Positions 12,201-26,824 of a DNA stretch of 64,000 nt are shown piece by piece. The position numbers and the translations under genes were made by a program. This DNA is from TPA_inf: Saccharomyces (Eukaryota), in NCBI GenBank assembly GCA_000146045.2, contig BK006943.2, positions 352,001 through 416,000 of the forward strand, in the 5' to 3' direction. Under the pieces are notes generated by a model, which saw only the letters and a list, made by a program, of their open reading frames with translations, was not told where the DNA came from and searched no databases. Within the stretch, counting starts at the first letter, position 1. Each line of letters starts with the position of its first letter.

Positions 12201-13445
12201 TCAAGATTGAATTATTTTTCCATGTTAGGAACGGAATTGGATTTGGCATCGTCTAAAGCTCTAGCAGAGGCGGTGAGGAAAAGTTCATCTTTGATGACTT
12301 TGGACGTGGACTATGTGTATATGCCAGAGAACATTAAGGAAAAAATTTCATTATATGCTTTAAGAAATATTCAAGGGGAGTTGAAAAGGGTTAATAGTGA
12401 CGATAAAGATATCAAAGATAGCCAATTTTCAAGCCTACAGGACCAACTATCACTTTTATTAACTGAAAAAGCGGATAATTCCGAACATTACAACAAAATG
12501 GTTGAGAATTTCATGGCCAAAATCGCGTTGGCACGTATCAAGATTAGTAAAGTGGTTCATGATCTTTTTGATTTAAAACTGAATGGACAATTAAATTTGG
12601 AAGGTAAGGAAGCTTTGATTAGATTATGCTTCATAGAGGCAAGTTTGGAAAGAGGCTGTGACCTGCTGAAACAAAGACATAACAACACTTTGAAATCACC
12701 AGAGGCCGTCTCAAAAAGTCGGAAAGGGGGAAATCAAGCACAACCCAATTCCGAAAGCTGTCAAAGAATGTTACTAAGCTCATCTATATTACAAAATTCA
12801 GATCATATTGCGCTTATGCCATTCGGTAGTGCAATAGTCGAAAAGTCAAGCCCAGATGCAGAAGATGCCGTCGAATTCAGAGAAGGTGACGACTCCAACG
12901 TAAATCACGAAGACGTACCAGCAAATGATCAACAATTTCGAGATGAAGTTGATATCAAAAACAAATACTCTATCATTAAAAGAGAACTAGAACACGAAAA
13001 GCTTGTCGGTGGTGGCGATTTGCCAGTGGACAAAGAAATCTTAAATCGTGCCGCACAATCCTTAGATAGTGACCAGATAAAGGAATTTCTGTTGAAGAAT
13101 GACGTCTCTACTATCCTTGGCGTCATTGATGAACTGCATAGCCAAGGGTACCACTTGCATCATATTTTCAAAAAACAGGGAAACCAAGAAGAGACCGCGT
13201 TCAGAACAAAGGATGAACAACAGTCCTCCCAATCCAATGATTCAAGTGCTAATGCGTCCCCTACCACTGATCCGATATCCACAGGCTCCAATACTTCTAG
13301 AACGAACGATAATGCTCATATTCCTCCGACCGATGCGCCTGGATTTGATAAATTTATGAACAATGCAGAGGAAAATGCCATTGACGCTGCTTATGATGAT
13401 GTGCTAGACAAAATCCAGGATGCGCGGAACAGTAGTACTAAATAA
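9249..13445 (+). CDS. MHP1: Microtubule-associated protein MHP1, 1398 aa, with a His-rich run (9630..9659)
   Basis: 1398-aa ORF, Ser/Pro/basic-rich low complexity N-half, position matches YJL042W. Confidence 0.9.
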   Translation: MDSKDTQKLLKEHRIPCIDVGWLVRPSASTSKSSRPGKSESKANSVAPDIQMDTARPPVFETSVDSSSSILSSNDKGRRHSVAASLLMDNQRANAGSTSVPTNIPPPRGRSKSVVETNLSNVEADSGHHHHHRHHHHTEDAPAPKKVGFFKSLFGHRKKDQEQQEKERERKERSPSPTHVDRGAAIRRERTATISAESPPPLQYNAPPSYNDTVVPLTRSKTESEVYYENHPQSYYHGRMRTYHSPEEGKVDGTSPADDHNYGGSRPDPRLMDFLRYYKSKDYKLAAFKEGNFIKSSASPTTKKNRRASFSLHNDKPQPAKSLAHQKFDAKGRPIPPHPDAPKLPSAFRKKHPSNASIVDTVDSNSDVSSSAQNNNQTPSSHKFGAFLRKVTSYGNNNNNSTNASSLSANVNNPDTSSTSLWSSSSMEFDPSKITTVPGLENIRPLKHVSFATNTYFNDPPQQICSKNPRKGEVEVKPNGSVVIHRLTPQERKKIMESTSLGVVVGGTGQLKLLNPEEDDANAKSKEEMAPQKQNEVEAHDEEDNNSQRRNIVMAAAEAAAEARAKEAPNELKRIVTNNEEEVTVSKTASHLTIDKPMISRRGASTSSLASMVSSDTNGTNADDEGEILPPPSLKIPHDIVYTRCCHLREILPIPATLKQLKKGSTDPIPILQLRNPRPSMVEIWSFSDFLSIAPVLCLSLDGVQLTVQMLRIILSSLVYKQHFQKLSLRNTPLDEEGWKVLCYFVSKAKSLHSIDLTMVPSIKTNVQKPSKSSLKSKILRMQCNLENRSDMNWDLLTASIALMGGLEEIVISGAKMNSAQFKNFILVACIATERLGLAYNGLSKSQCDDLAKWMVQSKVTGLDVGFNDLNGKLSSFTDAVLGKIQKANEKNVFKFLSLNGTNLRVNEHDTFENNEVLKLISVLCYLENLKFLDISNNPAIFPHCVPTLIDFLPVFVNLVRLHIDYNNLSSTSVVMLAEILPMCSRLNYFSMLGTELDLASSKALAEAVRKSSSLMTLDVDYVYMPENIKEKISLYALRNIQGELKRVNSDDKDIKDSQFSSLQDQLSLLLTEKADNSEHYNKMVENFMAKIALARIKISKVVHDLFDLKLNGQLNLEGKEALIRLCFIEASLERGCDLLKQRHNNTLKSPEAVSKSRKGGNQAQPNSESCQRMLLSSSILQNSDHIALMPFGSAIVEKSSPDAEDAVEFREGDDSNVNHEDVPANDQQFRDEVDIKNKYSIIKRELEHEKLVGGGDLPVDKEILNRAAQSLDSDQIKEFLLKNDVSTILGVIDELHSQGYHLHHIFKKQGNQEETAFRTKDEQQSSQSNDSSANASPTTDPISTGSNTSRTNDNAHIPPTDAPGFDKFMNNAEENAIDAAYDDVLDKIQDARNSSTK

Positions 13446-13783
13446 TAAGGGATTTCTCTTAATTTTTTAATCTCTTTTTTGTATTGGGTTTCGAAAATAT
13501 AATAAGGAGCCCTCAGACATTTACGTATCCTTTCATGTATGATTATTTTAAGTATTTTGTATTTTTTATTATTATTAATGTAAGCATAATGCTTTTGTAG
13601 AACTTGAGACAACCCGGACGGGTCCGATGAGTTTTTTTCTTCAAACTTTTATAGAAAATAATAAATGGTGTTAGCACCACTCAGATGTGATATTTGACGT
13701 GTCGATTGTGATACCTGAAGACGCTATTGGAGAGCCATTGCAACGCACAGTCCAACAGTAATAAGCTCTGATCGTTTTGAAAA

Positions 13784-16373
<2,590 letters not shown>

Positions 16374-16747
16374 TCTAAAAGAAAAAATTCCCTCTATTCT
16401 ACACTTATTTGACATAGGATGTGCTATATTAAATAATTATATATAGGTATCAAAATGTACGCGATGGTTCAGAACCTGCAATTAATTTAACACCTCAATC
16501 ATACTTGTTTTTTTCCTTTTTCAAGAAGTTTTTGTAATGTGTCGTGCCGATCTGTAAACGACCTGGATTTTTATTTCATTAGACAGTAAATACGCACCAA
16601 ATCAGAACCAAAGAAAGGCTTCTGTAGTGTATGAAACTAAAAGCCACTTTTTGTGATAGTTTCTTCTTAGTACTTAGTACACAACCAAATATTTTGCAAA
16701 ATGAAATCGATTCCTAAAAGTAATTCTTAAAAGTGATAATGAATGAC

Positions 16748-19700
16748 TTAATCGTTATTTTGATATCCTGTTAATGTGCATAACATCACAATTAGCTTCA
16801 CCATTTCGTTTAAACTTTGGTTATTAGGATCCGACGAATTTTTCTTATCTTCTTTTTCCCTCAAAAGATCTCTTTTGAATATTCCGATCACTAGCCTCTT
16901 ATACGTATTCAGTAAACCCTTTACCGTTTGAACAACAGCTTTGTTTGAGCTCCCCATGCTCACTAAAACAGCTGATATCAATTGGAATATAGGAACGATT
17001 AACTCAAACAAGGAAACACCATTAGCATCTTTGTCAACTAGTAGCGGATTATCCAAGGTGACGTTAACCTTTAAGAATTTGGAATTCTGAACGTAGACTT
17101 CGTCAAACATAAGGTCTAGACCCAAATCAGGATCAACTTTTAAAAATGACAATTCCGCGATTATTCGGAATAGATTATTTTCAATTAAAGCGCTAGCTCC
17201 ACCTCTAGTTTCGGCAACACGTATTAAAAAGAATACAGTGGCTTTAAAAGCTGTCAATTCATATAACAAATCATCAATGTTTATGTGCTCTGTAGTAGAA
17301 TTTAACAAAGCATCTGTATTTTTCAGCGAACGTATTATTAAGAGCAGTCTTGTAGTTTTCATCAGTGAATCCAATATAAAATTCTCTTTACTTCTATTAG
17401 CCAGTTGAATAAGTGAATCCAATAGTAATATACCTGTAACCCTACTAGTTCCCTCGCCATAAACAACATCGTTCCATATGATCTCTACCAATTTTTTACT
17501 TCCTAGTCTCAAATCCTGCAGAACCTTTTCGGACCCTACTTGGTCGCTTAGAACTCTACTCAAATAATGGTTTGCTAATATATAGAAATCGGACCTTAAT
17601 GCCACAGAGGAGAGTGGGGAGTTTATACCCTGAATACATGTCTTGAACAACTGATATAGCCTGCCGTCTACCGTGCCTTTGTCGGTAATCAACTTACGAT
17701 CGCGGTTATATATATCAAATAGGAAAACGGCGAGAGAAACCAATTCTTCTGAAAAAGTTATATTAAACTCAATATAATCACTAATCTTCGGAATAATTGT
17801 ACCAAAAACCTCCAGAATAAAGTTTGATCTTGTTGATGGTTCCAATTTTCCATCAGTAACAATGATTTGCACCAACTGTACCCAAGAGTGCAGCACAGAT
17901 AGGTTCAACTCCAATGCTTTGTTTCTTGATATAATATTCGTGAAATGGCTTTTTGCTTTTATACACTCGACATCTGCATCCTTCAAAAATTGTTCTTTTG
18001 ACACAGTGAGACTGAAGGAATTAGAATGTAAGCTTTCAGCACGGACTCTTTTAATCAGGCGCATAAGGTTTTCCATTTTGTGAAAGTCATAGATATTGCC
18101 GGAGCAATACTTGTTAAGAGTGACTTGTTCCAAATTTAAAGGAACATTGGTGAAAATTGATAACGTCTCTTTTGGTTCGCAGATATTGCCATAGTTTAAT
18201 GGATCCAAGAAAGAAAACAACCTTACCGAATACATTGTATTTGATATCAAGTAATTCACATATGTTAAAACCTCTGATTTCGTGCCCGAAAATGAAATTT
18301 TATGAATGAACAGACCCAAATATTGTGTCCAATAATTCCTGTAGGCTAAGAATGACAGAAATGCACCAACGGATTCGCTCTCGATGAAGTTCTTACATTT
18401 TTCCTCTGTAGAATTGTCAAAAGGAGAGCCGTTCCATGTCGTGAACCTTGTCACTTGTGGATCGAGGATCATTATTCTCTCAAAAAAGTTTTCTTTGATT
18501 AGGTATGAATATAGTAGACCAGATGTTAACGGATTACGACATAGTTTGAGAATAATTTCCAGTGCTGCTGTAGCCAATCTCATAGGTGCATAATCGATAT
18601 TGTCCTTAGTAATGCTGTTCAATGAAGCTTCCAACACGCTTATGAGGGAATCAAGTAATGAGGTTCCGGAAGATATAAATGTTGCTAGGTTAGGTCCCAG
18701 GGATATAACGTTTGAGACCTGGAAACCTAATAACAGATGAGAAATAGTCATCGTTCGACTATAATTAGAAAGATTTGATGTTAAGAAATCTAATAGTTCT
18801 AACTTCAAAGCAAGGACACCAGCGTCGGTTATTGAGCTTTCCAATTGTGTAATAAATGCATCCTTTATTCTGGCTGATTCATCTACGGAATCGAATATTG
18901 TTAACAACTTATTTCTCTTAGACAAAGACGCAACGGAGCCATTAGAGCGTTCTGAAAGTTTCGCCAAAATACGCAGTGAATTTGTGGCTAAAATTTGATC
19001 ATCGACCCCGACGTATAAACCCAAGTGTGCAACAAGTGGAATATTGAAAAAAATTGCATCGTAAAATGAACGTAATCCGTGAAGAGAATAATTCTTTGGC
19101 AAGAAATAATCCGTCTTGCCATGCTTCTTAACAATTGGAAATAATTCTTCCACGTATGTCTCCTGATAATCCAATACTTTATTGATAATTTTCACAGCTA
19201 ACTGCAACAATTCAGCCTGATTTTTGCCACCTTCTAACTCTATGGACAATTGATCAACACCAACATCAACTACATTAAATATACTTTTGTAAATCTTTTC
19301 CGTGAAAATATAGTTGAATATGGGGATAGCTGGGCATTCTTGAACGTAATTGAAGAAATTTTCGCAATCCACCAAAGCATCCAAATTCGCAGCTGCAGGA
19401 ATAGAATTTAAAATTACACTGTAATCAAAAGAGCATAAGCCCGTATAGATAATTTTCAAAATAGGAAGCTGGACGGCTCTTTTATTTCTGATATCAACAA
19501 TTTGATCCACGTGCGCTAAAATGTCGTTGAAAATGTAGTCAAAATATGGCCATATACCTACCTTCCTATATCCCTGACCTAATCTTGTTGGAAATGCCAA
19601 TTTGCCAAAAACCATGTATTCACTATTATTTTCACGAGAATGAATAGAAATCAGATTATGGAAGAGTTGTAAAAACCCCAAAACGTCAGAGTATTTTGTT

Positions 19701-21799
19701 AACACGTTTGTAAAAGCATTTCTATAAGATTCGGATGAATAATTCAGCGATGAATCCTTGAAAATTAGAGAGTCTAGAAAAGACCAAAATTTTGTTCTAG
19801 AAGATTCAAGTTTTGGAACCAAGTTACTTATAACCTTGAAAGCAGCGCCTACGAGAGGTGTATTTATCTTGGTGAATTCGAATAGGACATCTGAGAAAAC
19901 TTTCGATAGCGAGCTTTTTACATCCTCGTCAACCTGGTATGTAACTGATCCAACTAAAGTTAATAAAGAAGACAGAAATATTACAGCTTCTTCATTTAAG
20001 CCTTCTTCTAAGGCTACCGCAGTCGAATCGATATCGTTATGAGTTGACTCACTAAACTGCTGCCTCTTATGGAGGCTCGAGTTAAAATTGCTTATTTTCT
20101 TAGTGTAGTCACTGAGACACTGTGCAATGTTTTTCCATGAAATCGAGCTGTTTTCGCCAAAATAGTGATAGACATTCAGGGCATTTTCAGGACCAAAGGA
20201 CAAGCTAGAAACCATCAAATAGAAACAAGACCTCATCAAGTTGTCGTTGCATCTCGAACACCACTCAATAAAACCATAAGCGTTTGATTCCTTATCAGAC
20301 CAGAAAGTACATGAATATTCGGGCCTTGATGCATAGAAAAAATATATTGACAGAAAAAATCTTTCTAAGTCAGCCTTTAGTGAGATGTCATCCAAAGTTA
20401 AGTCTTCACCGGACAACAAAGAGTCTTCCTCAGCATCCTTAATCTTTGTAAGCAAAAAGGCACAATCTGTAATAATAGTTTGAAGCACATCATCAAAGGA
20501 TGAGAGGAAAAATTCTTGGGTCTGATCGGATAAAACTATAGTAGTGTAAGAATATTCGTTGACGTTATTGGGCATACTATTTAGTCGAGCGGTACCCGTG
20601 GTTGACATCATCCCAGGATAAGACGGATTCCATAAGCCGCGTCCGCTCATATTATCAGTTGCGGATGCTGGGTTGTAGGTAGAATTCGTCGTTTGACTGA
20701 AAATTTTTTCATCATCAAGTAACTGTTTAGGAATTAGCCTTGGAATATGCCTTTCTAACAGGGACCTTATATCGTAGAAAAGTTCCATACTCTTGTCTTG
20801 TTCCACGATAGATGTATCTGCGGCAAATATTAAAATTTGTTCAATAGCGCCTAGTTCGACGGCAGAAGTCATTGGCTCATCAACATCAGTTTTGAAATCC
20901 ATCGTGTCAGCCCTTCTTTTAGGGTCTTCTTTACACCACCCAATGAAGTAAGCAAAAAAAATGAAAATAAGAGCTACTTTGACCGGTTTGGTATATATGG
21001 AGTCGTCCTTTAAGTCTTTCATAAACTGAGAATGTAATAATTTGACATCTGCATCGGGCAAAACTCTTAAAGATGCGAAAAGGTGGAAAAATGCAGGAGT
21101 ATAATATATTATAAAAAAATCATTGGAATCCAATTCTGACACATGATGAAGTAAGGACAGTATAAAATCCTTATTTTTCATGATGGCTCCTTTATCCACT
21201 AAACCATATAAAATTTGACTCAGAATATCATATTCTCTCAGTAAGAAGTCTCTCCTAAACTTGATATTTTGTTGGAATAAAGCATTATAGTTTTCTAGTA
21301 TCTGAGCCTTATTGATTTGTTGTTTAATCTCAGATAATTGAGTATGAATGAACTTAAAGGCTGAGAGGATATTAGAAACTAAAGCTCCATTCTTTATAAG
21401 CTCTTGGTATAACTCAGTATCTTCGTGGAAACAGTTGACTATAAAAGAAACAATTTGCAGGATATATTGCCTTCTCAAAAAGTATTGTACTTTGCCATTA
21501 TTAGCGGTGGTATCACCAGAAAGTATAAGTTCACATGCAACAATTTCATCCAAGTTTAATTCATCGGACAAAGAAATAGCTTCGAAAATAAACTCCTGAT
21601 TGACCTTAAAAGTAGAGCCATCGGATAGTTCAATTTCACCTTTTTCTAATTGTGATCGGCTAGCATTGTTTTTTAGTTTGTCTGTGTTTAAGTTCAAATT
21701 TTGTAAGTCAGGAAGTACCTCTTTGAACAGATCAAAATCGAACTCACCACTCTCAATAGAGCGATACAATGTTTGGAAAGGAATTGCAGACCATTTCAT
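16748..21799 (-). CDS. NUP192: Nuclear pore inner-ring scaffold nucleoporin NUP192, 1683 aa
   Basis: 1683-aa ORF starting MKWSAIPFQ on the minus strand, convergent with NSP1; matches YJL039C. Confidence 0.9.
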
Positions 21800-22423
21800 T
21801 TTTTCTTATCTGCGGAACAAATCTTTTCAACTAGGTTAGATGCCAAGTGATATAAGTTATATATATTTCGTGCTTAGGAGGCGTGTTGTTAATTGGCGTA
21901 CCCTGAGGAAATAATTTATTAAGTATAGTGTAAACTAAGTGGCTAAGAAAGGTATTGGTAAACTAGTTGAAAGGCAATGGGCGCATTTACTAAATACTAC
22001 ATCACACTTACAAACTAACCTTGTTATTTTCCAGCAGAAAATTTATTTTCATCAAAAGACGAAAACGGAATCATACTACCCGGCCCGAGAAGGACTTTGA
22101 TGAAGACCGTAGTTAGAATGGGCTCACTAGACTCGTGAGCCGTTTCAGTTTAATTATTATTATATATGTATACCAGTGCTTTACCCAAAAGAGAATATTT
22201 ACGTGAAATACTACGCTCTTGCTGGGACCTTAACGTGTATATACTATCATAAACTGAGACTCTTCGTAAATTGCCCCTTAACAACACGGTGCTGTGAATG
22301 CTATCACTTGATTATACGCCAATAAACTTCATATTCTTTGAAGAGCCGCTGCTATTGCATTTAATGCTAAGGAAGGTTAACAAAGCATTAATGAAGAATA
22401 ACTACAGGAGTAGCCAAAAAAAT

Positions 22424-22495
22424 CTCCGCGACGGGGAATTGAACCCCGATCTGGCACGCGACAAGCGCCCATTCTGACCATTAAACTATCACGGA
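22424..22495 (-). tRNA. tD(GUC): tRNA-Asp (GUC), second copy, minus strand
   Basis: Exact reverse complement of the 3456..3527 sequence. Confidence 0.95.
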
Positions 22496-22505
22496 AGAAA
22501 CAAAG

Positions 22506-22577
22506 CACTCACGATGGGGGTCGAACCCATAATCTTCTGATTAGAAGTCAGACGCGTTGCCATTACGCCACGCGAGC
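22506..22577 (-). tRNA. tR(UCU): tRNA-Arg (UCU), second copy, minus strand, upstream member of the second Arg-Asp dicistron
   Basis: Exact reverse complement of the 3374..3445 sequence; identical 10-nt spacer. Confidence 0.95.
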
Positions 22578-22849
22578 TACTATTTGTTGAAGGTTTTACT
22601 ACTTTATTATAGTAAAACCTAATTACGCTTTCAATTACTACAATTTTCGGATTTTCACGGCTGGTGAAATAATGCAGCCTGTATTGCATAAAATGGCCGC
22701 ACTTATGAGAACTGATACAAGTTGTTTACCGTTGGGGCACCAAGGTGTTATTAGTCAGAAATAAATGTAAATTTCTTATACTGCAAAGCAGAGGTACATA
22801 TAACACACATCGATTGGTTCATCTTGGCTACGACTAATATTTTTGGGAT

Positions 22850-22915
22850 GCAGGTGAATAATTAGATAATTGTTGTAATTCCATTGTTATTAAAGGCTAT
22901 AATATTAAAGGTTAT
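22850..22915. mobile_element. Short delta LTR fragment
   Basis: AATTAGATAATTGTTGTAATTCCATTGTTATTAAAGGCTATAATATTAAAGGTTA resembles the delta end seen at 2552-2600. Confidence 0.55.
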
Positions 22916-23114
22916 TTGGGTCTTTCTCTCTCTCGGCTTTATTTTATTTATAGTTTCTATCTTTCAGCTTTCAAAAAATAATATATATGGCGCTTCATGA
23001 AAAGAGAGCTAGCTACAGAAATATAAACAGTCATGGATGAATAGGCGGCGGCAGCTATGCCGGTGCATGCGCACAGTATAATGGACTTAAACTGCCTTAG
23101 TACAACTGTTCAAG

Positions 23115-23774
23115 TTATTGAATAGCATTATATATTAGTGCCAACCAAAATATGAAACCGATGCTTCCAACTGTCACCCCAAGAAGACACGCAAAAGGTG
23201 CTACTGCACATAAATCGGCCACTCCTTGAGCTAGACCCAATTCTAACAGACTTACAGTTAGGATTCTCTTTATTCTGTCTAGTCGTTTCTTTTTTTCCCT
23301 CGCTTCTTTTTCTTTTTCGTCTTCTCTACCACCATTTATAGTAATTCGATTCTGTTCTCTACTGAGGTTTTCTAAAGCATTAACTACCTTGCCCCTGGAG
23401 ACTTCTTTAAACTTTTTGATATATTCAAATGGTGAAACATTCAAAGCCGCATCTAGTGCCTTTTCCACCTTTTCATATTCTATTTCGAGCGACTCTCTCT
23501 CATTATTATCCAAACTTTTCACTTTATAATTTAGCACCGCTTCTAAGCCCTTCAAAATAAAAGTATGCTGCTCATATTTTGCACTAATGTTTTGAATTTG
23601 TCCCTCGATAATAGGCACCTTCTCTGCTGTCAATGTTTCGTATGTTCCATTGTTGTCCAGATTTCTCAATGATGTGATTAACCTATCGCCCGCATCGCTG
23701 AACTGTTGTATTGTGTTAGTTCCTGCAATCACAACAATGGTGAAATAAAAATATATGAAAAGCTGGAACCTCAT
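23115..23774 (-). CDS. LOH1: LOH1, 219 aa, predicted signal peptide plus C-terminal TM. Paralog of the divergently transcribed IRC18.
   Basis: ORF MRFQLFIYFYFTIVVIAGT...; shared motifs with IRC18 (NxSPFxYIKKFK, GLAQGVxDLC, WLxxIYxA). Confidence 0.85.
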   Translation of the reverse strand: MRFQLFIYFYFTIVVIAGTNTIQQFSDAGDRLITSLRNLDNNGTYETLTAEKVPIIEGQIQNISAKYEQHTFILKGLEAVLNYKVKSLDNNERESLEIEYEKVEKALDAALNVSPFEYIKKFKEVSRGKVVNALENLSREQNRITINGGREDEKEKEAREKKKRLDRIKRILTVSLLELGLAQGVADLCAVAPFACLLGVTVGSIGFIFWLALIYNAIQ

Positions 23775-24384
23775 TTGAATTAGTTTACTTCACTAGGCTC
23801 TTTTATCTTCACTTATTGTTTTGTGGTGTCTATTTTTTTTACTGACAGTTTACACTTTTATAGTCTTTAAAAAAGCAAAAAAAATAATTCTTTTATTTTT
23901 ATCCCAAGATAATAAATATTTATGTATTGGATAGTAGTATAATTGAGTATAAAAATTATTTTTGTAGTACTTTTTCAAACTAATCTCTGCAAGACATATC
24001 TTCCATATTTTCACAATTATTTAAGCCGATTGCAACAACATTCACCATAGGTGCCTTTTCTGCGGCAATGCGTAGCCCTATAATTAGCTGCTTGAATGAG
24101 AAAACCACAAAAAGGGGGATTGAATACATAGCATAGCTTACACTGTATCTTAGTAATTTTTTTCCCTTCTACTTTGTTTTTCGCAGGGCCTTTGCCTTTG
24201 GAAAAGGGTACACGAGTCTTAAGAGAAATGAAAAAAAATGACACTAAATCGGTGATAATAATTTGTCGTTGTGACCACAAAAAAGAATTCATAAAAAAAA
24301 AAACTTGATCATTGGCGCCACAACCTAGTCATATTTGAAATCATTTTTTTCCTTTATTTTTTACCACAGGGTGCGTTTAGAAGA

Positions 24385-24394
24385 GACACAAAAT
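24385..24394 (+). promoter_or_regulatory. Middle sporulation element (GACACAAAAT; Ndt80/Sum1 site) in the LOH1-IRC18 divergent promoter. More MSE-like cores lie at 24263..24272 (ACCACAAAAA) and at 23819..23826 (CCACAAAA on the LOH1 sense strand).
   Basis: Matches the DNCRCAAAWD consensus as read directly. Confidence 0.55.
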
Positions 24395-24661
24395 CACTCT
24401 AGGGTTTTCTATCGAACATAAAGTAAATCATTTTTATATTCCAAAATTGCTCGAAGTAAATCTCTTGTTTTCCTCCCAAATGAAGATCAATATTAAACCT
24501 TTCTGAAAATCTTTTTTAATACAGATTACATTATAGAGTTGTATACTCTTCGATCATTTAACTTCTCTTTTATGGGTCATATATCTCTAATTGTCTCTAC
24601 AGTACTTTTTTTGCTTTTCCAATAAAAATCATAATCACAGCCATAGTCACAAAACTATAAG

Positions 24662-25336
24662 ATGAAAGTACAAATGATAGAAAGGATTTTTCTGATCCAG
24701 TTGTGTTTGCTTACCGTTGTATTAGCAAGTAGTAGAGCAGTGGTTGAATTCGAAAGTACCGGAACCAAACTGGTCAACTCATTAAGGGTCTTGGCTGCTT
24801 ACTCGCAGAGTTCTGTCTGTGTTGATGAAAAAATATCTGGAATCGAGAGACAAATAGAGGAAGTTAAAGATATGTATGGTAACCACTCTTTTATTCTAAA
24901 GGGTTTAAATGGTATATTGAATAACAAGGTGAATATGCTAACAAGGGAAATCCAAATGGAAACTGTTGGCAATAACACATTTGAAACAGAAACAGGGAAG
25001 CTAACTAAGGGCCTAAACCGAGCAGTAAATATATCTCCGTTCAAGTACATAAAAAAATTCAAGACCGTTTCAACAAAGAAATTTGAAAGCCTCTTGAATA
25101 AGTATGATCTGGTTGCCAAGAAGGGCGGGGAATTGACAGAGGAACAAAAGAAAAAGAAGGAGGTGCTCTCACGGATCAGTAGAGTAGTCGCTGCAACAAC
25201 GATAGAGGCTGGTCTGGCACAAGGTGTGGTTGATTTATGTATAACAGTGACAACTAGTCTATGCTTAGTCTCGGCCAGCATTGGAGGCGTCGGATTTCTT
25301 ATTTGGCTCACCATTATATACCAAGCTCTGACTTAG
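24662..25336 (+). CDS. IRC18: IRC18, 224 aa, paralog of LOH1
   Basis: [27 protein letters not shown]...; similarity to LOH1 over the full length. Confidence 0.85.
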
Positions 25337-25605
25337 GAAAATGTTGCCGATTTTGTTTTTGCCACTCCTGTACATTGTTTAATCTCAGATCGTTGTATAT
25401 ATATACATATATATAGTGTTTTAACGACATTCTTATATTTGCATTTCTGCTTCTTATTACACCTAACTATTCTGTAACTGCCATGGGTAAGCATTTTTGA
25501 AGTATTAATTAACAATTAAACTTTCAAACATACCCACCCTTTCGTTGGAATAAAAATCAATTAACACCCACTGACTAGTAAATATTACTAGAATAACTGA
25601 TGATT

Positions 25606-25975
25606 ATGCCAATTTTCTGACAGTTGTTGGGTTTCCATTGTTGACGAAGGTCCTATTATTAGATATACGGAACATACTAGATCTCTCGAGCCTATCGGAA
25701 CCTACTAAGCGGAATCGGCAATATACATGTTATTCATTTTTTTCGTTTTTCGTTTTACATTATTAATTTTACGTCTCAACTTGGTTCAATTTCAGAGACA
25801 GCATCTCATCACATCTATCATCTTTTTGTACCACATAAGGTAATATACACGTAATAATAGGCAATAGATGTGTGCGAATGAACTTCCAATATAATCCATT
25901 TAGTAGTGCCTTTTGTTACTAATATTCGTCAGTTTCTCAAGCTGACACTTGATTTATTCTAAACAAATTTCAATC
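25606..25975 (-). mobile_element. Diverged solo LTR (delta/tau-like) remnant
   Basis: AGTTGTTGGGTTTCCATTGTTGACGAAGGTCCTATTATTAGATATACGGAACATACTAGATCTCTCGAGCC parallels the delta reverse-complement end (ATTGTTGGGATTCCATTGTTGATAAAGGCTATAATATTAGGTATACAG...CTCGAGGA). The downstream part is weakly similar. Extent is approximate. Confidence 0.55.
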
Positions 25976-26359
25976 TTGGACAATTAGTTGACATAAACTA
26001 CGTTACTAATTTTTGTTGTATTAAGGGCTTAAATAATACCGGATGTCTTGGCAATTCTATCGTTAGGAGAGTAATAGTTGTCAGACTTATTGTCGGCTTG
26101 TTCGCACATCGTTACTTATCCTATATTATACATAAGATCTGGTGAAGCGAGGAGTCCCATGTCTAAACCGATTGCTCAGGTATTTACAGGTTTAACTGCT
26201 TCATTTAAGCAAGCAATTATTGAATTATATACTCAATCTTGTCTCTCCCGTTACTATTATTTCATTCGCGTTTTATACATCTTTATTATTATAAGTTTGA
26301 TACGGTAACTTTACAATCGATTAATTTCTGCTGAAAGCCCAAGCTTTCATAAATTAATA

Positions 26360-26433
26360 GGTTTCGTGGTCTAGTCGGTTATGGCATCTGCTTAACACGC
26401 AGAACGTCCCCAGTTCGATCCTGGGCGAAATCA
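26360..26433 (+). tRNA. tV(AAC): tRNA-Val (anticodon AAC)
   Basis: GGTTTCGTGGTCTAGTCGGTTATGGCATCTGCTTAACACGCAGAACGTCCCCAGTTCGATCCTGGGCGAAATCA; T-rich terminator follows. Confidence 0.95.
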
Positions 26434-26824
26434 ATTTTTTGTTTTTTTAATTCACAAGAATAACCTGGTATTGTTATAAGCAAGCCACCCTTTGCGTACG
26501 ATCAAACACCCTATAAAATCTATATGCAATACTGAGATATTGTATTTTTTCTCCTTTAATTGTTTATAGTTCAGAATAACAGTTCAAAAATCTATGCCGC
26601 GCTCACAGGGTCCTGCCGGGTATTCGCCCTCCAGCTTGAAAGGGGTGGCAATGCCCAAGAGCGATGTATAGTTTAGTATCAAGGAATTGAGAGAGGTATT
26701 ACACCAAGGATTTCCGTGAACGAAGTGACGACGCAAGATTAACAGATTAAATTCTGGTAGTAGGCTAAGCCGTTATTAAACTTTATTTACGGTATACCAC
26801 AATACTGCTCTTTTTGTTGAGGAT

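Noticed and set aside
22489-22689. 66-aa ORF overlapping the tRNA-Asp/tRNA-Arg genes
   Set aside because: Its sequence is tRNA reverse complement (…MGSTPIVSALFLP); this is not coding.
21800-23100. Possible replication origin (ARS consensus) near the second tRNA pair
   Set aside because: I found only 9/11 matches to WTTTAYRTTTW (for example ATTTATGTATT at about 23915) and no clear 11/11 ACS; I cannot support a call.
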